A stretch of 64,000 nucleotides of DNA from Tubulanus polymorphus (lineage: Eukaryota > Animalia > Nemertea), in the NCBI RefSeq assembly GCF_964204645.1, contig NC_134034.1, positions 3,923,814-3,987,813 of the forward strand, read 5' to 3'. A program made the position numbers and the translations under genes. The notes under the pieces are model-generated. The model did no database searches and was not told the DNA's origin. It worked only from the letters and a program-made list of their open reading frames with translations. Shown one piece after another: positions 36,301-48,300 of the stretch (the first letter of the stretch is position 1; the number at the start of each line of letters is the position of its first letter).

Positions 36301-39300
36301 AAAATGGCTCGGCTAAGAAAAAACACGTAAGTTTATTATTTGTAAAGAACGAATTGACGTAAGGTATTTCGTTGAATTTCTATCGTTGACGATTATTTCT
36401 TTACTTTCTTCGCCTTTTGATATTTTAATCCGATCTTATGAATGTTCCTCAAGCCCGTAGCCAGGAATATGGAAGTTAATTTCGAAGAAATATTTTCTCA
36501 TTTTTGGGTCTGCCTTACCTTAAATCCAAGTCCCACAATCAAAAAGCCGAATAGTTAGAATATAAAAATGTTTAAATTTCATGTAAAATCAGAATTTTCG
36601 GTTTTTTCACATAAAACCATTTTCAAGGAATGACCTTTTTTGGAAAACCGGAAATTTGGATATTGTGATAAATTTTTAGATTTTGAAATTTTAACTTTGC
36701 GGCTTTCTGATTGTGGAACTTGGATTTATTATTTGTTCGCAACTCAGTGTGAAGCTCTACCTTGTTTGTCCTACTTTGTTACATCGGTACCATACCGGTA
36801 AGTAAATATTTCACCGAGTTGCAAATCAGAGAACTCGGTAGCATTGATGCTGTAAATATTCCGACGAGTTTTAAGAGTTTAGTTTAGAAGAGTTTTACGT
36901 CCCGACTGCAATTACTTACAGTGTAACCCTAGCGCGTCTTAAGAGATTGCCAGGGCCTTTTTATAGGTTGTTATGGCTCACAACCTGACTAAGTAAGCAG
37001 AGCTTAGTCCATGTATGTGTCTCGACAGCCAACGCCAGAGGTGGTTTCGAACTAGGGACCTGTCGGTTCCCAGTCCTCCACTCAACCAACTGAGCTAACT
37101 GCACAGGACAAGAGGACAGGAGTTGGGAATCAGGAAACTCAGTTCTCTTATCATTCTTCGTAGTTCAGAATCAGAGAACTCGGTAGCGTTGTGGATAGGA
37201 TAGTAAACTTCAGCGGCACTCTTTTTTTCACAAGCCTGGCTATGGGCTTATTTCTATGACTTTTACACTTATTTCCTGTATCTAATTCTTTGAAATCGTG
37301 AATAATGATTTTTTCTATGACTTGCGCACTTGTTTCCTGTATCTAATTCTTCAAAATCTTGAATGATTAATTCGTTGTGCGATAATGGCTAAACTTATTG
37401 ACTATGTGATTTGCCACCTCCCACTGATTCAGTTATTTTGAAGCCGCAGGCTCAAAAAATTGGAAAACATGCTGTGCGTTTTCTCCCTTCCCTAGTGTGG
37501 GTAGAAGAAACCAAGAAACGTCGGTGTTTCCCTTAAATTTTTCATTTTGTGTTTTCGTACGTCTCCTGTGCTTGTGTGCGGCTTCAGTGAACATTACGTT
37601 TTTCAAATCCGCTAATTTTCCACCTGTGACGAGATCTCAAAACCTCTATTCCGCATTTGTACACCGCTGTGTTACCTTTAAACGAACTAACAGTAAACCA
37701 TGTATTCATCGTCATATGTTTTAGGGACCGGAAGATTTTCAATGAAAAAATCCAATTAGTCAGATTTTCGAGCTTTTGAATATAAACTATGGTTTTAACC
37801 CTTTCAGTGCTGGCTAATTAATACCCTATAGTGCTAAAGATAATTTGAAAATTCATTTCACCTATCTCAAACTCATTACACCTATAAAGTACTACTCGTT
37901 TCGTTTGTATCTATTCTGCACCCGGTTAACGCGGCTCCTCAACGAATGACTGCAAACTTACGCGTATCTCAACCCTTTCAGTGTGTCTACACCGCAGTGC
38001 GGTGTATAAATCGGTGATAGATTTTGCTAGTACACCGCACTGTGGTGTATTGATGTAATTAGTAATTAGTAATTATCTCTCTTGAAAAATGGCAGCACGT
38101 GTCAAACATAGTGAAATACTAGTAACTAACGATACACCCCACCGCAGTGTAGACGCACTATAGTGGTATTCCCGTTGTTCAACACACTAGGGTGGAATTT
38201 TTTAGAATTTTCAAATTATCTGCAGCACTATTGGGTATTTATTAGTCAGCACTGAAAGGGTTAAGCGTTTTATCCATAACAGTGACTAATGGGATAAAAA
38301 CATTTAGCCTCTGGGGCCGGTTGCACAGTCGTGACTTAAGTCAAAAAGTGGTCTTAAATCTTAAGACAGGTCTTAAGTTGTTAGATCGGCTATAGAACCA
38401 AGTTGGTCTTAGACCGGTCTTAAGTCTAAGCAACCGGCCCCAGCATATCATAACGTATAAGCCTCTGACTTAATATTTTCCACTTAATATTTTCCTCTGT
38501 CCCGACTGTCTTTCTTGATTTCGCCAGTAGTAACGCATGAGATTTGTGTGCATGGTTTACTGTATTAACTCTTTCAGTGCCTATCCTCTTTGTCGCGAAA
38601 GGTGACGAATGATTTTGTTTCTACTTTTTGAACAATCTGATCGTATTGTACGTTCGATGAATTTAACATTTTTTTTCGTTCGTTCGTTCGTTCGTTCGTT
38701 CATTGATTCTTTAAAACGTGTTCGCACCCATTGATATCCCATCTGCTGCCATTGGCACTAACGGATATCTCATCTAATGCCGTTTTTTAATGAGTTTGAT
38801 TATCGATCCACGAAAAAACCTTTCCGATCTCTACGTAGGTCTAGAAATAGAATTATGTTTAAATTTTGTTCTTGCTGCCCCCTTTTTGGAAGCATAGATA
38901 TAGCGATAGAATTAAGCTTCTATAGTTTTTTCCAATGCCACATCGTATCTTGACATCGCACGCCAAAAAAAAATGCGATGGACTATGGTGCTGAAGTGGA
39001 TGTATTTGTCCCGTTCACTCCAGTAAATTGCAAAAACGACGTCGTAATTGCGTGTATGCAATAAACACAATATTGGGGCATCATCTTCCAAAATAAAACA
39101 ATTCTTTATTATTATTTTCTATTCAAAATCCCGCCCGATCACTTAATAAGTAATGAATTCAATGTTTTAAGAAAACAATGATTTCGTTTATTCGGGATTT
39201 TTCCCCTTCTGATTATTTCAAATGCATCAAATCCGTAATTCAACTCATAATAGAACGTACGAAGTTAGTGGTAATGGAAGTATAAGTGAAGAATTACATC

Positions 39301-42300
39301 GTTAGCTAACTTCTTACAGATAAATGTAAAGCACATTTAGCGCGACACTGAAAGGGTTAAATTTCCTCGTTGCTCCTCGGTGATGGTGGTTTGACCGCGT
39401 GGTTTTTTCGTCGGTACCCGGTACTTCCCCTGTGTCTAACTCTCGCTAACGCATTTCTTTTGCCGTTTTTTTTTCCATTTTCGTTCACAGAGTAGTATTA
39501 TATGTTTTGACCATTCCAACCAGGGTATATCGGCGCCATCGTCGCCGGCGATATCGCACGCGCGCCACTCGTACCAGACGCCGAGCACGCCGGTGATATC
39601 GGCCGCGCAGCCGCAGAAACCGCAGGCCGAGGTGAAACCGCAGCCGAAGCTGATGAAAACGTCGAGCGTCGAGGGCGCTTTGCCGAGTAAAATGCAAGTG
39701 AAGAAAAAGGATTCGTCGAGCGGTAAGAAGAAGAAATCGGCGCCGGCCCCTCCGAACAGACAGGTAAAATAATGTTCGGGCGTATGAGAATCGGGGATCT
39801 TGGAAAACTCGGGAAATCAGAAAAATTGAGAAAAGATCTGGGAAAACGCAAATTTTACGCAAAAAAAACCTGGAAATCTTAGCCCTTTCATTGCGTCTAC
39901 ACCACAGTGCGGTGTATAAATTAGTGATAGATTTTGCTAGTACACCGCACTGCAGTGTATTTATGAAATTAGTAATTATCTCTCTTGAAAAATGGCAGCA
40001 CGTGTCAAACATAGTGAAATACTAGTAACTAACGATACACTGCGCCACGGTGTAGACGCACTATAGTGCTATTCCCGTTATTCAACACACTAGGGTGGAA
40101 TTTTTCAGAATTTTCAAATTATCTCCAGCACTATAGGGTATTAATTAGTCAGCACTGAAAGGGTTAAGGAATTTGGATATTGGAATTTGGAGGTTATTTA
40201 TGTCGTTTTAGGTTAAAGGTTGATTTCACTGTAAAAGCTATGCTTCACGGTCGAATGTTGTATCCAAATTTGTAACAAGCTAAGATTTACATTCAAATAA
40301 GATAATCCCAATTCATGTAGTATATATAGTGTTAAGATTTTGGATCACTCATAAACTGAATGAATTTCATTAGACTTGAATAATCCAGATTAAGCAGGTT
40401 TGTTACTAGTTGACAAAAACCCACAATAAAAAGAAAAACTATCTGGTAGTTTGACGTTTCAACTCAAAAACTTATTTATGGTACATGATTTATTGATTAT
40501 TATTGATGATTTATTGAACATGATTTATTGATCATGGCTCATAGATTTGAGTTGAAACGTCAAACTACCAGATAGTTTTTCTTTTTATTGTGGGTTTTTG
40601 TCAACTATTGATATTGGACAGCCACTTGTCTATGGAAACCATGGTTTGTTACTGTACATCAAACTTTTTCATGAGCTACATGTATTCATCCGACCTATGA
40701 TCCGCACTAAGCAGGGTGTCTTGCATATTAGAGCTAAGCATTACATTCAAATGAAATCTACACTACAAATCGAAGATATGCTTACGATTCTACTTTTTCA
40801 TTCGTTATAGATGAAAGCGAAATCGATGTCCAATTTAGACGACAGCGAAGCCGATGAAGGAATCGAGGAATTCTATCACAAAGACATTCACAATGCGTCG
40901 ACGCTGGAGTCATCTCGGGTGTTACCCCAGCCGACGGAGAAAGCTGCATCCGTGGAAGTGTTAACCGCTGAATCTACTCCAGCCCTCCAGGTATATAGCT
41001 GCGTTCACGCTAGGATTTCAGTACGGTACTAAGCGTTCACACTAGGAAATTATTCGAGGCCTATTCGCGGCTTATTCAGTTCCGTACTGAAATACGCGGC
41101 TTATTAAGCGTGGAATGCAATTCCGCGCCGAAAACCCGAAAACCCGAAAGCCGCGTATTTTCCGTAGTGTGAACGCAGATTCGGCGCTTAGCTAGCCGCG
41201 TATTCACATCCTCATAGTTCAAAACACTTAACACTAATTACACTCTCCTCTATCGACCCACCGGGTGGCTACTATACTGGGCTTATTAAGTGCCGAATTG
41301 CCGACTCGTAGTGTGAACATAACTGGCTGTATAAGCGCCATATTTTGGTGAATTCGGCACCAGCACGGTACTTCGTAAGTGCCAAATCTAGTGTGAACGC
41401 AGCTTATAACACTATAGAGTCAGCCGGGTTTCATACCTGTGTGTCTTATTATGTAAGACTTATGAAAGAACCTTGAAATAAAGGTGCATCGAAAAACCGG
41501 GCCCAGTTTTGTCACAGGAAAATTGAAATGGGGACAAAAATGTTACTACGTAAAAGTTGTTGTACCAACACTATAATTGATACATTTAAGTCTACAATAT
41601 CTTGCGGCTCTATATTTGGAGTGCACACATACCTGGTCTTACTAGATTAGGTTTTAATTTGACCAAAAAAAAATCCTGGACATTGGTTGGTACGAGTTCT
41701 TCACTGATTGAAGGGATTGCCACCAAAGAGCTGTCTTTTAACTCCAGTTGAATTCAAAGAATTCAAATCAATCAGAGAAACAAGCCTCCATTTTGCGAAA
41801 TTTCTACGCTAACGCAAATATTTGGTTGTTGTTCAGAACTTGGAATCTTATTTTCGAAAAAATCCTTGCAGATCGTTTTCGTATATTTCAGGCGGGGGTT
41901 CGATCGAGTACGGGTTCGTTACGCGCGGGAGCCGACGCGCTCGTTAACGGCGGCCGAGGCCACGCGCGTCAGTCGAGCTTAAACAGCGGCAGCACGACCA
42001 GCGACCTGCACGGCTCGGTCAGCCCCGACCGGTTATCGATAAACAGCGCATCGCCGTCGACGACCAGCCGTAAGAAACGTCGCGCACCGACGCCGCCGCA
42101 GTCGGCCGAGAAACAGCAGCAGCCATCGAGTCCGCGGCCTACCCTACCCCCACCTCCTCTACCCGAATTCAACTACGACAAACAACAAAATACAGGTTCG
42201 TTAACATGTTTTGGTTTCGGGTTTAAAGAATATTTTTCCAGTTTCTTTTTAAACCTTTTTCGAGTGGATTTATTAGATAACTTGATTGTATTTGGTCCAG

Positions 42301-45300
42301 AAAGGTCCAGTTGCGCAGTTTAGAGTTAACTATATGACTTCAAATTAGTTGATTTTCAATGAGTTTATTCGTGAGTCTTATCTTAACTCACGACTGTGGA
42401 ACTGGGTTCTGGGTCTAAAGCAATTAGATTTCAATCTCCTGGACCCAGTTCAAGTTTTGAAAATGAACTGATTTTATATAATTCAAGGACAATTTCTTAA
42501 CCTATACTGGTCTGGTCAAGTTCCATGAATGTGTGTTACAACAGTTAACTGCGTAGCTAGCTGCTGGAGTTAAATTCGAAAAATTTTCAAATTTCCTCTA
42601 CGATATCGTAATTTACTTAAGATTTGTCGTAATGTTTGACGGGTACTGCCATCTTTCAATTGCGATTCTAACTAATCTATGGGTAAACGCAGTTACTCAT
42701 AAAGTAACAGCTATGGAACAGGCTACAGTATTTAGATGTAATCCTGATGATCCACTTCCAGGGCCCGGTCCAACAGGAGGGTTCAGGGAGTATGCATCCC
42801 CCTTCAAATGTCCAGTTGCCCTAAAATTTCACGGGAAAATGATAGACATCAAGTTGATACCTTGAAAAGATTGAATTCATGTGCTCGTCCTCTGTATTTC
42901 CAAGATTGAGTTTATGTTTTGCGATGGGCTTTCTTTCGGGGCGCCCTTTCATTGTACGTTGTGCCCTATTCTGAAGGTGCACCCTTCCCCGAATCAGACC
43001 CTATAGTTCCCGCCCCTGATCTAATACACAAATGTAATGGATTTCTCGTAAACCAAATGAATGCATCATTCATACCAAATTTTCCGGATTAACCCTTTCG
43101 GTGCTGACTAATCAATACCCTATAGTGCTGGAGATAATTTGAAAATTTTGAATAATTCCACCCTAGTTTGTTGAATAACAGGAATAACACTATGTGCGTC
43201 TACACCGCGGCGCAGTGTATCGTTAGTTACTAGTATTTCACTATGTTTGACAGGTGCTGTCATCTTTCAATAGAGATAAAAACTAATTACATCAATACAC
43301 TGCAGTGCGGTGTACTAGCAAAGTACTTCACAGATTCATACACCGCACTGCGGTGTAGACACACTGAAAGGGTTAAACGGGTTCTGCGGTATTATTTACC
43401 GATTAGATTATGCATTATTGATGTTAATGGATTGATGAATTGATTTACAGTTGATTGACGAAGTTTCTAATGAAATTTTCTCGCAAACCCAAAAAACCAT
43501 GTATCAAAAAAGGTGATCGTTATAGATTTTCGCTTTGAGGGGCAAATCTTTGCCGCGATGTTCTAGACGCTGCTTTCAGCCCTGGCCGGGTAGAAATTGG
43601 ACGCTCTTATATTTCCAGCTGCTTACGTAATTCAACCGGTGGTGAAGCCCCCCACCCCATTTATTATCCTCAGCCATTCATATACCCATCGGTGATTCTT
43701 CGCGGTATCAAACATTTAGAATTTAGGAGATTCTTATAGTACTCGGTATATGGAAAGAGAGAAAATGTTACGTTTATCTATGTAGGTTTTTTCGGGTAGA
43801 AAGACAACTTCGATGGCATCTATTTCATTCCCTTATTTAGAAATTATTTCAGCTGGCCTCAATCTGCAGCCCGAATCCATCTCCTCGGTACTGTACCGTT
43901 TAATCACGGCGCAATTTAAGAAAAAAACCGATCATCCACAGTTCTGTGCGACACCAGAGACAATGAACTACAATTGACAATGAACTACAAACAACAGATA
44001 TTAGCCATTTTTATCGAAACGCTTTCAAAACTGATCGCTCGCTCTTTACGTCCTGTGTTGCGCACTTCCCCTCTCGAAATTTTTTCAGAACACCAAAAAT
44101 TTGATCAGAACTTTCAAGAAGTAATCACCTGGGGACGGTTGCTCAAAAGTGGGTTAGTGTTATACAGGGGATAGTTGACGTAGCGTCAATTGATATTTCA
44201 TTGTTATTATGGTATTTATCCGACGGTTATCTTTAACCAACTTTTGAGCAACCGGCCCCTGGTTTCATACTTCAATGGTGAATCTCTGGATTTGGTGTGG
44301 TCTGCGGCTGCAGGTTGATCTCGCGTGAGCTGTCGTTAAAATGATAATAAAATCATTCATGAATTGTGAATTTAGAAATGCGTATTTTGATGTCGAATTC
44401 ATTATCACAAGAACTTGTCATTCATTTTTCAGAACACGAAACGATTCGTCCGTGCGAATTCGTGGCTCCGCCCCCTCCGCAGAGCCCGCCTCCCGACGAC
44501 GTGCCGCGTGTAATTTCGCCGAACATGGTCTCGACGGGTGTCGAAGTGTCGGATAACAATGGTAGGGCGCCCCCTAGCGGTAGCGAGGTGGGTTATTCCC
44601 ATGTGGATGAACCACCTCCCGATTATAGCGATGATGATGATGATGATAGTGATGGTATAGGTAGGCAGTTGAGAAGATTTTTTTACCCCATCGTTCAAGC
44701 TTTCGGTTTCGATTCCGGTTCGGTATTATGTTTCCCTCTGAGCGGCCGTAGCCGAGGCAAAAAGCGCAGACGGCCGACCGTTACGCAATTGTAGGGATGT
44801 TTACTCCGTCCAGTGCCTGTGCTGTCTGCTACTGGTTTAAACTAAACCAGCGTCTATGCTGCTAACTTTTCCTGATTTTCAGTATTTGTTACTATTCTGT
44901 AACAAGAAATACCGATTCGATTTGTTTGATGCATACAGAAATATGAAAGATGTTACTGATGGACTTACTGTTGATAACTGATTAATTTGAACATTTTTTT
45001 TCATATTTCAATGAAATGTTACTGAAAAAAATTCAATTTGTTACTGATAACACTTACGAGAAGTTGGCAGCCCTGTATGATTGAGGAAAGAACCAACGAT
45101 TACGAAGAAAATCCAAAGCCCACCGCACACGCGATCGAAAAAACGTTTTTTCCTCATGAAAGAAACGTTTTCTTCATGTTTTTTGTTATGCCGTGTGCGG
45201 GAGCAAAAACACAAAACGCTGAACACAAAACGCTGAACAGAAAACCTTTTTCGCGAAACAAGCGCTGCTTGATTTGCGAAAAACGTTTTGTGAGGCCGAA

Positions 45301-48300
45301 AACGTTTTTCCGTCCGTGGGCGTTGGATCCACGACTGAATAACCAATCAGCGAGCAACAACGTATCGGATAACATTACAAAAATTGATGCGAATAACTGA
45401 GTTTAATGTTGTCTCCGTGGATTCCATGGTGCAAGAGAAATGTTTTTCTGCGTGTTTTCGTTTTATCGTTTGCGGTCAAAACGCTTTACGAAAGCGTTTT
45501 GTGCAAAACGTGTTTTCCGTTTTGGTGAAGCGATTGCAGCAGGGCTAAAGAGAGTGGTGACGCTTAGACTCAATTTCGATGAGCCATTTAGGTGATAACG
45601 TTGCCCAAATTGCTTGCTCCGAAAATTGGCGACGAATTATCAAGAATCGTTTATAGCGAGCTTAAATCGGGGAAACATCGCTGACTTTTTGCCTCGCGTT
45701 ACTCCGTGTATTTCGAAAAAAATTGTCGACGAAATTCTACGTTCTTAATCCTTGAAGAGTCTGATCGAAACGATATTTCTATCCAAATTTTCAAAATTTT
45801 CCAAAAATCTATCATATGTATAAAAATTCCTAGCATGAATTTCTAATCTATACCTAATCTATAGACTATCGTCTATGTTTTTTTTTTTTTCGAGAAATTA
45901 TTTCATTCGTCGATTACGAAATTTTAAATTTCCAATTCCTCAATAACTGCCATACCTTCCTTCCTTTCTTCATGTGTAGCGTATGTAAATAAGTGGATGC
46001 TCGATATGTTTTTCACCATCCCTAGTGTTACATATGTATTTATGTGCTGTAAATAATTGTAATTCTGGAGCGGATTTAGGGGATGGTCTCTGAGGTCGGG
46101 ACCGGTACGCTTCCGTGTGAGGTTGCCGATTTCGTCGACACAGAAGTCGTGAAACCGATGAAGTTGATAGTCATCCTCTCGGAAAATGCGTCTTTTTGGG
46201 TGTATTTCTTCAAAAATATGAGGGAGGGACCGCACTTATGGCCGATGACATGGCTGCTTTATCCGAGATGCGCCTTTCAACCCCGGCCTTCCAAATTTCC
46301 CAGATCCGCCCCTGTAATTATCTATTTCTCTATGTGATATTCATATTACGAGCTAATACTTATATGTCTTATGAGCTTATAGAAAGTTATCTATTCCTCG
46401 CACTGATCAAATGAGCACTTCCACCGAAATTAGTAATCCATATACGGTAGACTTCGGTATTTCTACAAAAATCCAAAAGTTAAGACCTATTCGAGTACCG
46501 TTTATACCGAGGTCCAGTTCCGCAGTTCTGAGTTAAGATTTAACTGCAGAAAATGAACTAATTCTAACTCGGAGTTAACTCTAACTCACGACTGTGGAAC
46601 TGATGTCGGAGTTCAGCTGTGGAACTGTCCCTGGGTCAATACTGTCAAGTCAATACTGGTATTCAAGTTATGAAATCTGTCAGGAAACCGCGGACTTACG
46701 AGCTACGAATAAGCTTTTTTTCCATGTAAACCGTATAGAACAGCTTAGCTGCGTCTGTGTGAGGTTTTCAACCCAGAAGGACTTGAGTTGAAAATCAGGG
46801 AATTCTGCGAATATCTCGCCGAATTGAGAATTGGGAAACTCAGTAGCATTGGGAATGTACACGTATATACTGTTTCACCGAGAATTTGAGAAATCGAGAA
46901 TTTGAGAAATCAAATGATGCGCCCAGGGCTTACGTAAGTTAGTACTTTCACGTCCCTCAGTTTTGCAATAAGAACGAAAGTTACTTTTCGATTCTTTTGT
47001 ATCAGTTACTGGGAGAATATATTTTAGACAATTATGATTTATGAATTATTTCTTTTTTTTTATTGTTTATTCTTTTATGTCGTCAATAATTCAATTTAGA
47101 TTCTTTCAACTCTTTGAGGTAAACTATATCTTTGAAGCAGCGAACAATTTGCCTGAATTAAGCTCAGCAACTTGCTCCTAAGCAGCTGGACACTTTTGCA
47201 GAAATGCAAGATTGATATGGCTTCGAAAATTTGGCTTTAAGTCTGTATTTGTCATAATCGGGCAACAAGGTCTGGAATTTCCCTCTCCCTCTCCCTCTCC
47301 CTCACCCTCTCCCTCTCCCTCTGCGGCACCGACCAGATCATCCATTGTATAATCACTGAGGTAAATTGTACGGATAAACTATAAATGGGAAAACCCAGGA
47401 TAAAGTAAAACATGATTTCTGATTGGCTAATGATGACGTCATCTAAGCTGTACGTGTAGCCGCACACTCGAGCTACTGAGATAGGGTTTCATGCCGTGGC
47501 TGAGTCAGGTTTGAATCCCTGCCGGGCGGAGGGCGGGTTAATGTGTTGTACAAAACTGTTTAAAAAAAATGGACGCATGTCTGCCCCTGATGTACAGGAA
47601 ATTCGGGGGTCTATATAAATTTGACGAGTAACCATGATTCTTGGACGGAACCGTAGTGAATTCCGATGAGTCGAAGATCTCAAGAAATTATTGTACGATT
47701 TAAAAAAAGTGAGTTCAATTTCGATATTTTTCTGTTTTAATAATCATCTATGTATACACTCACTAAAAACAGTAATTTCTAAAGATTTGTGTATTGCGAC
47801 TTATTTCTTACTTCTAATAAAAAGTTATAATCCAGAAAATCCTTGCTAAATTCGGTGCTCGGTTTCATAGACAGGTACTACTAACTTTATATTATAACCC
47901 CCGCGGGGAGGAGGGGGAACATATTTTACATTATGTACGCAGGCATTCCTACACTGAGAATCCCGAACTAATGAAATGGGAAACTAAGATGAAGTCCGAA
48001 AAGTACGGAAGCCCCTAGGTGACATACAAGATAATTTTTTCACAATCTCGAGTTATTATGTCGAATTTCGACTCATTATGTAGATAGAATCGCACAATGA
48101 TAAGAAAAAGTCTGAAAATGTAACTTCGAGATAGTAGTTTATTCAACGTTTCGACTATATCCTAATAGTCATCTTCAGGAATAATGCATTATTCATACAG
48201 GCATTATTCCTGAAGATGACTATTAGGATATAGTCGAAACGTTGAATAAACTACTATCTCGAAGTTACATTTTCAGACTTTTTCTTATCATTGTGCGATT

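Noticed and set aside
39485-40012. Recurrent MFDRCCH/MFDTCCH ORFs (also 43243, 54326, 42632)
   Set aside because: Chance frames in the piggyBac MITE or antisense to a GC-rich exon; no transposase motifs
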